A program made the position numbers and the translations under genes. A stretch of 60,001 bases of DNA, taken from the IMG/VR virus record IMGVR_UViG_3300021225_000464, positions 1 to 60,001 of that record. One strand, written 5' to 3'. Source of the DNA: a virus (lineage: Duplodnaviria > Caudoviricetes). The notes beneath the pieces were generated by a model. The model searched no databases, was not told the origin of the DNA, and was given only the letters and a program-made list of their open reading frames with translations. Below are positions 18,501-28,302 of the stretch, one piece after another (positions within the stretch are counted from its first letter, which is position 1; every line of letters begins with the position of its first letter).

Positions 18501-19118
18501 GTGAAGGAGATATTACCAACAATCATTACCTCGGTTACATCAATTGTTATTGCATTAATAACTGCAGGTTTCTTCAATATGATGAAGGAAAAAAGAGCAA
18601 AACAAAGTTCAAGAAATAAACTTTCTCAACAAATAGAAACAGATGAAATTGTTCATTCTACTTTAAGAGAAATTAGAAGAAAATATAATGCGGACAGAAT
18701 ATATGTGATTCAGTTCCATAATGGTGGTAATTTTTATACATCATCAGCAATGCAAAAAGCATCAGTTACATACGAAAGATGCTCTGATGGACTTGAGAGA
18801 ATAACTGAAAAAATTCAAAATGTATTTGTAAGTCATTACAATTGGTTAATAAAACAAACTATGGGTGATGGATTATTTATTCACGATTGTGATGTTATTC
18901 CCGATATTGCAACAAAGGCATTAATTAAAAAGTTTGGAACACAATCAATGGTTTCGTTACCTATTATGGACAGAGAAAATCATTTGATTGCTCTTCTTTG
19001 TATGGATTGGGTATTCAGTGAACACGTTGAAATATATTGTGAAAACGAAGAGTTTACAAAGAATTTCAGAGAAGACTTTAGAAAAGATGCTGAGTCAGTA
19101 AAAAACTTTTTAGTGTAA
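18501..19118 (+). CDS. TM plus GAF-like domain protein, possible T4 T-type holin
   Basis: N-terminal TM, then NADRIYVIQFHNGG and SMVSLPI...LIALLCMDW, a GAF-like pattern. Confidence 0.5.
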   Translation: MKEILPTIITSVTSIVIALITAGFFNMMKEKRAKQSSRNKLSQQIETDEIVHSTLREIRRKYNADRIYVIQFHNGGNFYTSSAMQKASVTYERCSDGLERITEKIQNVFVSHYNWLIKQTMGDGLFIHDCDVIPDIATKALIKKFGTQSMVSLPIMDRENHLIALLCMDWVFSEHVEIYCENEEFTKNFREDFRKDAESVKNFLV

Positions 19119-19874
19119 ACTTGTTGAAGGTTTCCTTCCTTTACCATACACTTCACCGTCACCATCTAAACCCATGAAATAAGATACAGTATAATCTTCA
19201 GTTAGTTCAATACGGGTTTCATGAATTTCAACCTGACTATCTATTATGAAAGTTTTATTATTTGTTCGGTAATTTTCAATTTTATCTGATTCAATTTCAT
19301 TAAATCTTTCGAGTTCTGATAATTCAAGTTCAATTTCCTCATCAATACTGAAAAAATAATCAACTGATATTTCGTAAGTATCGTCCTGTTCTATATCGCC
19401 CGTACCATCACAAGTATCACAATTTAAGTGACCATCACCATCACACCATCCACATTCCGTTTTTCCACTACCTTGACAATCATCACAGGCATTACCTTCT
19501 TCATCTTCACCAGTTCCATCACAGTAACTACAATCTTCTTCTCCAGTTCCATCACACTGATTACAATCTTCTTGACCGTCACCACCACATGAACCACAAG
19601 TTTCCCTTACGCTAGAATCAATTACTTCACCCAATGAATAGGTAAACCCTTCATTTTCTACTGTCCATAAGATACTTTCAAATTCTTTCTCTCCCAAATT
19701 AATTCTTGAAATAAGATAGACTAGTTTAACAAAGTCCATTCCTGAAATGACAGAAACCATTTGGTAATAAGGACTATTTTTACTTTGAAGGACATTTGCT
19801 ATTTCATAAACCAAATCAGATTTTAATGACGAACTTAGTTTTTGAGCAATACGAATTAATTTACTGTTTTCCAT
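19110..19874 (-). CDS. Protein with DnaJ-type zinc-finger repeats (no J-domain)
   Basis: Six CxxCxGxG repeats; no HPD motif. Confidence 0.75.
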   Translation of the reverse strand: MENSKLIRIAQKLSSSLKSDLVYEIANVLQSKNSPYYQMVSVISGMDFVKLVYLISRINLGEKEFESILWTVENEGFTYSLGEVIDSSVRETCGSCGGDGQEDCNQCDGTGEEDCSYCDGTGEDEEGNACDDCQGSGKTECGWCDGDGHLNCDTCDGTGDIEQDDTYEISVDYFFSIDEEIELELSELERFNEIESDKIENYRTNNKTFIIDSQVEIHETRIELTEDYTVSYFMGLDGDGEVYGKGRKPSTSLH

Positions 19875-19875
19875 A

Positions 19876-19889
19876 ATATTTATAAATAT
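19876..19889. promoter_or_regulatory. Palindromic bidirectional late-promoter candidate
   Basis: ATATTTATAAATAT in a 15-nt gap between divergent ATGs, same geometry as 8252-8267. Confidence 0.7.
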
Positions 19890-20783
19890 ATGTCATATCA
19901 AATGAATAAAAAAATATTACACGAACAATCTTTACACGAACTACGTAAGTTGGAAAATTTGTTTGAAGAAGAATCAAGTGCACGTCCTGTTGCTTCAAGT
20001 GTTAGAAGTCATCTTGAAGGTTTAGGTTATGAAACTAAAAAGACAATGGACCAAGCTGGTGATTTGACACCTCAATTTGGAGATACGTTAAAAAAAGTTG
20101 CGACTGCATTTAAAGAAAAACTACCTCATTTAAAAATTAGATTTGGTTCAGGTAGAGATTTATTTCACAAAGCGTTTCCTAATAGTAGACACAACAAAGG
20201 TAACGCAATTGACGTAGTATTTAAAGGGATTGATAAAAGTGATGACAGTGAGTTAAATAAAATATCTACATTACTTTGTGCGTTAAGAAAGAAATATCCT
20301 GGTTTTACATTTATTGATGAGTATAGAAGACCAACTAGATTTTCTACAGGTGTCCACTATCATTTATCATATTCTGATAAAAAAACTGATGAAGGTGGTG
20401 GTACATCTGAATTTTGTTCATCATTAAAAAATATTGATAATTTGGACGATATTGATTTTGATTCAGTTGAATTAATTGAAACAAAAGAAACTCAAAAAGA
20501 ACCATCAAAACTTGATAAGTTTTTGGATTATGTTGGTTTAGGTGATTTGAATAGTGCAACTGCAGGTGATAAAGGAAGTCAAAAAACTTTAGTTGATAAA
20601 GCTAAAGAACTTTTTTCAGATGATGATGTTAAAGACACTGATGACGGATTTGAAATCTTTGGATATAGTGTTGATGATATTTTAGATAAAGTTAAAGGTG
20701 TTTTACCTAAGTTTGAATCTGAAGAAAAGAAAAAAAATCTTTTAGAAGATATTGAAAAAATTAAATCAAAAATGATTAAATAA
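19890..20783 (+). CDS. Peptidase M15-like (Hedgehog/DD-peptidase fold) peptidoglycan endopeptidase
   Basis: SRHNKGNAID and VHYHLS zinc motifs. Confidence 0.7.
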   Translation: MSYQMNKKILHEQSLHELRKLENLFEEESSARPVASSVRSHLEGLGYETKKTMDQAGDLTPQFGDTLKKVATAFKEKLPHLKIRFGSGRDLFHKAFPNSRHNKGNAIDVVFKGIDKSDDSELNKISTLLCALRKKYPGFTFIDEYRRPTRFSTGVHYHLSYSDKKTDEGGGTSEFCSSLKNIDNLDDIDFDSVELIETKETQKEPSKLDKFLDYVGLGDLNSATAGDKGSQKTLVDKAKELFSDDDVKDTDDGFEIFGYSVDDILDKVKGVLPKFESEEKKKNLLEDIEKIKSKMIK

Positions 20784-20809
20784 AAAAAGGGACTGAAAAG
20801 TCCCTTTTT
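20782..20809. terminator. Bidirectional terminator (M15 gene / tmRNA)
   Basis: AAAAAAAGGGACT-GAAA-AGTCCCTTTTT. Confidence 0.85.
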
Positions 20810-20812
20810 AAT

Positions 20813-21207
20813 TGGTGGAGATGCCGGGGGTCGAACCCGGGTCCAAATATGTCGGACATAAAACACTACACGTTTAGGTCATTGTTTTTCTAAACAATCC
20901 GAAACTTCACAATTCCCTTATTTTATAGTGGTTCGGTTTACTGAGAACTAATCCTCCACTTTGTTTCTTTTCGGATAGAAACCACACCACAGTACAAGCT
21001 TCTGTTGCAAGGTTATATGCTCACCGACCCCGTTGTATACTAATCTTAGATTAGGCTACAGTTACTTCTTCAGTACGGATTAAACCGAGTGTAGAAAGTT
21101 TTGCAATTGTGTTGCCGTTTGTGTTTTAAACCAGTTTTACAGGGTTAGTTTAGCCCCGACGTGCGTTTTATGACAGATTCATACCTGTCAAATCCAAAAA
21201 CATCCCC
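20813..21207 (-). ncRNA. ssrA: tmRNA (395 nt); tag ORF at 21116-21051
   Basis: 5' GGGGATG...GGATTTGAC pairs with 3' CATCTCCACCA including the G3-U Ala determinant; T-arm CCGGGTTCGACCCCCGG; internal ORF GNTIAKLSTLGLIRTEEVTVA*; TATCTTTG element at 21230-21237. Confidence 0.93.
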
Positions 21208-21281
21208 ATATCTTCAAAGAACTATGTTACAAAGATATAAATATATTCTTCTTTTACCAAGTATTTATAAAAAAAAGTTTA

Positions 21282-22352
21282 ATGAGTGTATTATACGAAA
21301 CATTAGTGGAATTTGTCAATGGAGAGACTACGGCTAATCGTGTTAGTTTTTTTGATTCAGAAGGTATTGTTCGTGTTACAAGGGTAAATGAAAAAAATCT
21401 TGGTAAGTCCTTGGTTTATTTGAATTTTGATTATGAAGATTATATTAAACTTTTCATCCCTGATGATGGGTATAATAATACCTATTTAATTAATGTTGCA
21501 TTTAGCAGTAGTGGTTATTATGGTGGTCATATATTTATTGATTCATATACTGTTGATAATGATTGGGACGAAGGATACGGACTTCAGTTTTTCAGCGACG
21601 AAAATTTGGGTAAGGTTAAAGAGATTTTGACTTTTCTACGACCTGAATTATCTGATACTAATTTAAGAGATGCAAGTGGTGAAAATATTGTTGAAATATC
21701 TAATTTTTTAAGACAAGAGTTTGATGACGAAATAGACGGAATAATTTATGAATATACCGATTATTATGACAGTGCTTTGGTTGAGGGAATGAAACAATAT
21801 GTTAAAGAAAGGTTTTGTGGTAAACTTATAAATTTTGGAATAATTGAAAAAAGGTGTGGGTCAGTTTATATGACAACAGTTTCTACCTTAATTTCATTGT
21901 GGGATAAGTCAGGTGTTGGTGAGGATGGTACTTTAACAGAAGTTCTTAAAACTATTATTGAACAAAATGATTTACAATTTGATGAGGATTTGTTTGAAGA
22001 TTATTATTCATTTTATGATAGTAAAAACTTTGATGATGAAGGATATAACCGTGGGGTGGGTAGGCAGTTAGATAAAATATTAAATAAAATTGAGGAAGGT
22101 GATAATTTTGAAAAATATAAGAAAAATGCTGATTTATATGAAAAATTATCAAAACTAAAATATAACAAATTTAACAGGTGGTATGAGTTTCCAAAACAAA
22201 AATCATTTGGAGAAGAAACAGACGCTAGATTCAAGATAGTTGGTATCAAAGATGGAAAAATACACGTTCAAAGACAGGATGGACCTACCACCAATGAATT
22301 CTTGGATTATGAAAATTTCTTGAACTTTTTATATCATCCTGAATTGTTTTAA
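21282..22352 (+). CDS. Acidic hypothetical protein
   Basis: 356-aa ORF; TATTTAT at 21262-21268. Confidence 0.7.
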   Translation: MSVLYETLVEFVNGETTANRVSFFDSEGIVRVTRVNEKNLGKSLVYLNFDYEDYIKLFIPDDGYNNTYLINVAFSSSGYYGGHIFIDSYTVDNDWDEGYGLQFFSDENLGKVKEILTFLRPELSDTNLRDASGENIVEISNFLRQEFDDEIDGIIYEYTDYYDSALVEGMKQYVKERFCGKLINFGIIEKRCGSVYMTTVSTLISLWDKSGVGEDGTLTEVLKTIIEQNDLQFDEDLFEDYYSFYDSKNFDDEGYNRGVGRQLDKILNKIEEGDNFEKYKKNADLYEKLSKLKYNKFNRWYEFPKQKSFGEETDARFKIVGIKDGKIHVQRQDGPTTNEFLDYENFLNFLYHPELF

Positions 22353-22379
22353 TAAAAAAATAGCTTATCTTTATGAGCT

Positions 22380-23198
22380 ATGATAGAAAATGTTGATTTC
22401 TTAAAAAAGGTATTATCAATACCTACAAAATCATTCAAAGAAGATTTGATGATTGAATTTTTGGTTGAATATTTAACCGAAAAAAAACACAATTTTAAAG
22501 TTGATGACTTTGGGAATGTCTATGTCACCAAGGGTGTACTTGATGAAGGTGAATCCTACCCTTGTATTGTGGCTCACACCGATACTGTCCATAAAATTGA
22601 CACCATCAATATCCGTGAAGAACAACTTTACGACTCAAAACGTAATCTTAGTTTATCACTAAAGGCATATAATGATTTTGGTGACCCAACAGGTATTGGT
22701 GGGGACGATAAATGTGGTGTATTCGCTTGTCTTCAGTTGTTGGAAGTATTTGACAAAATCAAAGTTGCATTATTCGTTTCAGAAGAAGTAGGTTGTTTGG
22801 GTTCAAAAGAAGCTGACAGAGAATTCTTCAGTAATGTAGGTTACGCCATTCAGTTTGATGCTCCACACGACTACATGGTAACTGAATATTGTTATGGTGT
22901 GAAAGTATTTGAAACGGACTCAGAATTTGAGACAAAGGCTAAGAAAGTTCTGTCTGAAGGTATGTTGTCTGAACCAAAATACATGCAACACCCTTATACT
23001 GATGTTTGGCAGTTACGTAAAAAGTTTGATTTTTCTTGTATCAACTTCTCAATTGGTTATCACAACTATCACACACCAAATGAATATGTTGTTGTTCACG
23101 AAGTTTTCGCTGGAATGAATACAGGTAAAAAAATGATTGAAGAATTGGGTAATAAGAAATACCAATTCATACACAATTCACAAATGTTTAATTTTTGA
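22380..23198 (+). CDS. M20/M28/M42-clan metallopeptidase
   Basis: AHTDTVH, GGDDKCG, SEEVG, QFD, YHNYHT. Confidence 0.85.
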   Translation: MIENVDFLKKVLSIPTKSFKEDLMIEFLVEYLTEKKHNFKVDDFGNVYVTKGVLDEGESYPCIVAHTDTVHKIDTINIREEQLYDSKRNLSLSLKAYNDFGDPTGIGGDDKCGVFACLQLLEVFDKIKVALFVSEEVGCLGSKEADREFFSNVGYAIQFDAPHDYMVTEYCYGVKVFETDSEFETKAKKVLSEGMLSEPKYMQHPYTDVWQLRKKFDFSCINFSIGYHNYHTPNEYVVVHEVFAGMNTGKKMIEELGNKKYQFIHNSQMFNF

Positions 23199-23202
23199 CA
23201 AT

Positions 23203-23230
23203 AAAAAAAAGGGGTTTATTCCCCCTTTTT
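23203..23230. terminator. Probable bidirectional terminator
   Basis: A-tract-GGGG...CCCC-T-tract between convergent genes. Confidence 0.6.
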
Positions 23231-25279
23231 CTTTCTAGCTCTTTTTGGTTTTGGTGTTTCATCAGGTTGAGATTCAACTTCTGATATTGACACTTCTTCT
23301 TCATTTATTTCAATGTTGTAGAACTTATCAAGTACAATCTTTTCACGTAGTACTTCGTCAGAAATGTAATCTTCAATTTTTTCTTGAATTGCTCTTTTCA
23401 ATGGACGTGCACCATAGACTTCATCAAATCCAACTTTAGAAACAAAGTCAATTACTGATTGTCCGAAACTAATATTGTATCCCAAATTAGTCAAACGTGA
23501 TTTTAATTTGTTAATCTCAACCAAAACAATTTTTTGAATATCATCATTTTGAAGAGTGTTAAATACGATTACTTCATCTAAACGATTGATGAACTCAGGA
23601 GCAAAGTGGTTCTTCAATTCTTTGTTCAACATTGTCTTCTTCAACTCTTCATTGGCGTAAACGTTGTTGTTACCACTGAATCCGATACCTGCTCCGAACT
23701 CTTGCATCTTTTTTACACCTAAGTTTGAAGTCATGATAATCAAACAGTTTTTGAAATTGATTTTTCTTCCAAAACTATCTGTCATGTAACCTTCATCTAA
23801 TAGTTGGAGTAATGCTGAAAAGATATCTTTGTGTGCTTTCTCTACTTCATCAAATAATACTACAGAGTATGGTTTTGTTTTAACTTGTTCTGTAAGTTGT
23901 CCACCTTCATCATAACCTACATAACCAGGAGGTGAACCAATCAAACGAGATACTGTATGTTTCTCTTGGAATTCAGACATATCTACTCGGATAAGATTTT
24001 CATCACTACCAAAGATTTGTTTCGCCAATTCTTTTGCTAATAATGTCTTACCAACACCTGTTGAACCCAAGAAGATAAATGAACCAATTGGTTTATTTGG
24101 GTCTTTAATACCTAATCTGTTTCTACGGATTGATTTGGCAATCTTTGTGATTGCTTCTTTTTGTCCAACAACACATTTATTCAATTCTTCTTCTAAATTG
24201 ATAAGAGTGTTTTTATCATCCAAACTAAGTTTTGTTAGTGGGATTTTTGTCATCGTTGAAACAACTTCATAAACAAGTTCTTCAGAAATTGACTTTCTAT
24301 TTTCTAACAAAGTTTGTTCAAACTTTTTCTTTTCAATATCAAGTTGTGATAAAACTTTCTTTTCTTTATCTCTTAAGTTTGCGGCTTCCTCGTAGTTCTG
24401 TTTTTTAACTACAAGTAATTTCTGTTGTTTAATCTCTAATGCTTGACGTTTTAATTCGTCAATAATTTCAGGATTTTTAACATCTACCTGAGCTCTTGCT
24501 CCGACCTCATCCAAAATATCAAATGCTTTATCAGGAAACTCACGGTCTGTGATATATCGTTCAGCCAAATCAACACAGATTTGTAGAATTTCATCGGTAT
24601 AATTTACCTTGTGATAATTTTCGTATCTATCCTTAACATTTTTAAGGATTTGTAATGTTTCTTCTTTTGTTGAAGAACTAACAATTACTTTTTGGAAACG
24701 ACGGTCTAACGCTCCGTCTTTTTCAATTTGTTTTTTGTATTCATCCAATGTGGTTGCTCCAATACATTGTATTTCACCTCGTGAGAGAGCTGGTTTTAAG
24801 ATGTTGGACGCATCCATTGAACCTGAAGCATTACCTGCCCCAACAATCGTATGGATTTCATCAATGAAAAGAATAACATTTGGGTTTGCTTGAATTTCTT
24901 CCAAGATAACCTTTAATCTTTCTTCAAATTGTCCACGATACTTTGTTCCTGCGACAACCGAGTTCATCTCTAATGATAGGATACGTTTATCTACAAGATT
25001 TCTTGGACAATCGCCATCAAAAATCTTCATTGCTAATCCTTCTACGATTGCAGTTTTACCACAACCTGGTTCACCAATGATAATTGGGTTATTTTTCTTT
25101 CTTCTTGAAAGAATTTGTGCAATACGTAATATTTCGTCTTCCCTTCCGACAACGGGGTCTAACTTACCTTCTTCGGCAAGTTTAATAAGGTCACGACTAA
25201 AATTGTCTAACACAGGTGTAGAAGAGTTTGATTCTACTTTTTTTGGTGCTTTACCGCTTTCACCTACTGAATCTGTCAT
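23216..25279 (-). CDS. clpC: ClpC-type AAA+ unfoldase lacking the Clp-N domain
   Basis: Two AAA modules ([16 protein letters not shown]), UVR-like middle helix ([11 protein letters not shown]), IGF loop (GAGIGF). Start at MTDSV (25279); CAAATATA at 25328-25335. Confidence 0.9.
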   Translation of the reverse strand: MTDSVGESGKAPKKVESNSSTPVLDNFSRDLIKLAEEGKLDPVVGREDEILRIAQILSRRKKNNPIIIGEPGCGKTAIVEGLAMKIFDGDCPRNLVDKRILSLEMNSVVAGTKYRGQFEERLKVILEEIQANPNVILFIDEIHTIVGAGNASGSMDASNILKPALSRGEIQCIGATTLDEYKKQIEKDGALDRRFQKVIVSSSTKEETLQILKNVKDRYENYHKVNYTDEILQICVDLAERYITDREFPDKAFDILDEVGARAQVDVKNPEIIDELKRQALEIKQQKLLVVKKQNYEEAANLRDKEKKVLSQLDIEKKKFEQTLLENRKSISEELVYEVVSTMTKIPLTKLSLDDKNTLINLEEELNKCVVGQKEAITKIAKSIRRNRLGIKDPNKPIGSFIFLGSTGVGKTLLAKELAKQIFGSDENLIRVDMSEFQEKHTVSRLIGSPPGYVGYDEGGQLTEQVKTKPYSVVLFDEVEKAHKDIFSALLQLLDEGYMTDSFGRKINFKNCLIIMTSNLGVKKMQEFGAGIGFSGNNNVYANEELKKTMLNKELKNHFAPEFINRLDEVIVFNTLQNDDIQKIVLVEINKLKSRLTNLGYNISFGQSVIDFVSKVGFDEVYGARPLKRAIQEKIEDYISDEVLREKIVLDKFYNIEINEEEVSISEVESQPDETPKPKRARKKKGE

Positions 25280-25367
25280 AAAATAGTTTTTATTAAAATT
25301 AAATGAATTTGAACTTAAATTCAACTACAAATATAAATCAAAATTATTTATCATTAAAAAAAAAGTT

Positions 25368-25610
25368 ATGGCAATTACAAAAGAAACAATCAGCGGAACA
25401 AATATTATTTGTGAAATTGAATCATCAAACATCACTAAAACAGATTTCAACACAGAAAGTAAAAAATTAATTGTTGATTTTAAAACGGGTGCTCAATATG
25501 AGTACGAAGGGGTTCCTCATGAAGTTTATACAAGATTTAGAATGGCGGAATCACAAGGAAGTTTTTTCAATAAAAATATCGCAAAAGCGTACAAATACAA
25601 AAGATTATAA
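25368..25610 (+). CDS. KTSC domain protein
   Basis: ESSNI...L.V.FKTGAQYEYEGVP...AESQGSFFNKNI. Confidence 0.85.
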   Translation: MAITKETISGTNIICEIESSNITKTDFNTESKKLIVDFKTGAQYEYEGVPHEVYTRFRMAESQGSFFNKNIAKAYKYKRL

Positions 25611-25630
25611 TTAGTTGATATTTATTATTT

Positions 25631-26392
25631 GTGAAAGATAATAATATAATCCAAAGTTTTTTCTCTAAAGATGAACTCAATCCAAAAATTTGGGATGAGA
25701 ATAAACAATTGAGAAAAGAAGTAAGAGAAAAATTACTTCAAACCGCTAATGAATTTATTGATTTTATTGGTGTTCCTATTTTACTTGAGGATGTTATTTT
25801 TACAGGTTCTTTGGCAAATTATAATTGGTCGGAATATTCAGATATTGACCTTCACGTTGTATGTGATTTTATTCAGTTTTCTGACACAGAACTTCCTCTT
25901 TATGAGGAATTATTTAAAGTGAAAAAAACTATTTTTAATACAAATCATGATATTAAAATTTTTGGATATGAAGTTGAGCTTTATGTTCAAAATGCAACTG
26001 AAGCACATTTTAGTTCAGGGGTTTATTCGGTATTATATGATGAATGGGAAGTTGAACCTGAAAAAGAAGATGCTAAACTTGACACTAAATTATTGAAATC
26101 CAAAATTAATCATTGGAAATCACAAATTGATACTGTAATAGATAATGCTAGTGAAAAAGATATTGATGATGCTAGAGAATATATTAAAAAATTCAAAGAA
26201 AAATTAAAAAAATATAGAAGTTCAGGACTTAAAAAAGATGGTGAATTTTCTTATGAAAATTTGGTTTTTAAGTATCTAAGAAGAAGTGATTATCTTGATA
26301 AGTTATTTAATTTAGAAAATCAACTTTTAGATAAAGAACTATCTTTAATGGAACAAAAACTAGATTTTTTACTTAATCTAAAAAAATCCTAA
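25631..26392 (+). CDS. Pol-beta superfamily nucleotidyltransferase
   Basis: TGSLANYNWSEYSDIDLHV (GS...DxD) and VELYVQ; TATTTAT at 25619-25625. Confidence 0.75.
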   Translation: MKDNNIIQSFFSKDELNPKIWDENKQLRKEVREKLLQTANEFIDFIGVPILLEDVIFTGSLANYNWSEYSDIDLHVVCDFIQFSDTELPLYEELFKVKKTIFNTNHDIKIFGYEVELYVQNATEAHFSSGVYSVLYDEWEVEPEKEDAKLDTKLLKSKINHWKSQIDTVIDNASEKDIDDAREYIKKFKEKLKKYRSSGLKKDGEFSYENLVFKYLRRSDYLDKLFNLENQLLDKELSLMEQKLDFLLNLKKS

Positions 26393-26424
26393 TTTTCTGT
26401 ATATTTATTAAGAAAACTTAAATT

Positions 26425-26607
26425 ATGGCGCAGTATTCTTCAGGAACATATACATATAAAGTAATTAATGTAGGTACAGGTTCATGTGAAACATGTTTAT
26501 CTACACTACAACCACATCCTACATGGGGTGGAGGAACAAATGGAGGAGATACTGTAGTACAATTAAACGCCGTTACTATAGGTGGATTTAATGGATTAAA
26601 TAGTTAA
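26425..26607 (+). CDS. Small putative structural protein
   Basis: 60 aa with CxxC and PHP.W; TATTTAT at 26402-26408. Confidence 0.6.
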   Translation: MAQYSSGTYTYKVINVGTGSCETCLSTLQPHPTWGGGTNGGDTVVQLNAVTIGGFNGLNS

Positions 26608-26620
26608 AAAAAACAAAAAA

Positions 26621-27886
26621 ATGAGTAAACTAAAACCAATTGGTAGTGAGAAACTACAAGGAATTGATAAGTTGCAAAGAATGATGCAAATTGCAACATA
26701 TAAAGAGCATTTACCAAATCCTATAAATGAGACATCCTCAACTGATTATAGAATTACATTGGCTGATGGACATACCTATGAAATTGTTAAAGAAAGATTA
26801 GGGTATATCATTAAAAAACAAGTTAATGAATCTGCCTCAGATTATATTGACCCAATTAAGAATAGAAAACATTTCTCTTCTTATTCTGCAGCAATGAGAA
26901 AATTAAATTTAATGGCTGGTGAAATTAATAGAGTTAATGGTATTGACGAAGGAATATCTTTATTTACTGAAGATAAAAAATATATGTTGAAGACTCCACA
27001 ACCTAAAGTTGAGGCACCAACTGAAGCACCTTCAGATTTACCTCCACCGTCACCTGAACCGGCACCTGAAGACGTGATGCCAACTCCTCCATCAGATGAG
27101 GAATTACCAATGGCACCTGAAGGTGAAGAACCATCTACAGATGATATGCCTGATATGGGTGAAGAACCATCTATAGATGATATGCCTGATATGGGTGAAG
27201 AACCGTCAGAAGGTGCACCTGTTACATTTAAATCAATTCAAAAATTAACAGGTAAATTGGCTCAAAAAATTAGAGATTATTCTGGTGAAGAAGAGTTATC
27301 AAGTAAAGATGTAAAATATGTTATTAATTCAATACTATCTTCTTTAGATTTAAATTCATTAGATGAAGAGGATAAGGAAGAAATTTTAACAAGATTTGAT
27401 AGTGATGAAGAGTCTGACTATGGAATGGAAGATATGGGTTCATCTGAAGAAGGTGATGATATAGAAATTGATTCAGAAGAAGAAGTTTCAACTGAAGAGG
27501 AACCAACACCTGAAGAAATGGGTGAAGGATGGATGGACGAAGGAGAGTTCAATGAGGATAATTATACATCAAAGGTATTAGATACTATATTTAAAGAATC
27601 TACAATTGAAAAAGTTCTTAAAGGTTATGTTGTAATCAATGAAAACGAAAAGAAATTTTTAAAAGATAAAAAGAAAACTCAAAAGACTATTTCTGAATCA
27701 AGAAAAATTAAGTATTCAAAAGAAATTGAAAGATTATCACTTACTGAAGAACAAAAAGAAATATCAAATAGAATTGTTGAGAACTTCCCATTTATAACTT
27801 TTGTAGGTAAAACAAATAAAGGTAATTTAGTATTTGAAAATAATAACAAACAACTTAAGGTATCTCCAAAAGGTAATATCCTATGA
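26621..27886 (+). CDS. Acidic, Pro-rich prohead core-like protein
   Basis: Low-complexity D/E/P tracts and many [IL]-x-E sites. Confidence 0.55.
   Translation: MSKLKPIGSEKLQGIDKLQRMMQIATYKEHLPNPINETSSTDYRITLADGHTYEIVKERLGYIIKKQVNESASDYIDPIKNRKHFSSYSAAMRKLNLMAGEINRVNGIDEGISLFTEDKKYMLKTPQPKVEAPTEAPSDLPPPSPEPAPEDVMPTPPSDEELPMAPEGEEPSTDDMPDMGEEPSIDDMPDMGEEPSEGAPVTFKSIQKLTGKLAQKIRDYSGEEELSSKDVKYVINSILSSLDLNSLDEEDKEEILTRFDSDEESDYGMEDMGSSEEGDDIEIDSEEEVSTEEEPTPEEMGEGWMDEGEFNEDNYTSKVLDTIFKESTIEKVLKGYVVINENEKKFLKDKKKTQKTISESRKIKYSKEIERLSLTEEQKEISNRIVENFPFITFVGKTNKGNLVFENNNKQLKVSPKGNIL
27122..27204 (+). repeat. 36-bp in-frame tandem repeat (GEEPSxDDMPDM, about 2.3 copies)
   Basis: ggtgaagaaccatcta(c/t)agatgatatgcctgatatg twice plus a partial third copy. 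Confidence 0.9.
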
Positions 27887-28302
27887 GTTATTTAGTTTTT
27901 GTTAACGGACTAGGTGCGAATTATAGAGGAAACAAAACTTACGAGTTTATTTTCTCACAAACAACTGATGTATTTGGTGATGATTGGGACACAGTTCCTG
28001 CAAATGGAAACCCAACACCACCTGATACTGAAGAAATTAAAAAAGTAGGAGTATTGAATAGAGACGGAATAGATATGGAGCTCATTCAAAACTCCGATTT
28101 TTTTTGTATGAAAGATGCGTTAGACAATGTGGTAGCTTTAGCTTGGGAAAAAGATAGTGACAAAGATGAAAGATTAGTTTTTCACTTTGGAATGACTGAA
28201 CAACAAGTGAAAGATAAATTATATGAAAAGGATATAATCCTTGAATTTTATAAAGAATTTGAAGAAGATGGAAATAAAAAAACAAATTCAAAAATTAGTT
28301 GA
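27883..28302 (+). CDS. Conserved hypothetical phage protein
   Basis: 139-aa ORF with an ATGA overlap. Confidence 0.7.
   Translation: MSYLVFVNGLGANYRGNKTYEFIFSQTTDVFGDDWDTVPANGNPTPPDTEEIKKVGVLNRDGIDMELIQNSDFFCMKDALDNVVALAWEKDSDKDERLVFHFGMTEQQVKDKLYEKDIILEFYKEFEEDGNKKTNSKIS

Noticed and set aside
19110-19874. dnaJ chaperone
   Set aside because: Only the CxxCxGxG repeats are present; there is no J-domain or HPD motif.
20813-20850. A second tRNA or a prophage attachment site
   Set aside because: This is the tRNA-like 3' end of the tmRNA, pairing with 21201-21207; no duplicate or integrase is seen.
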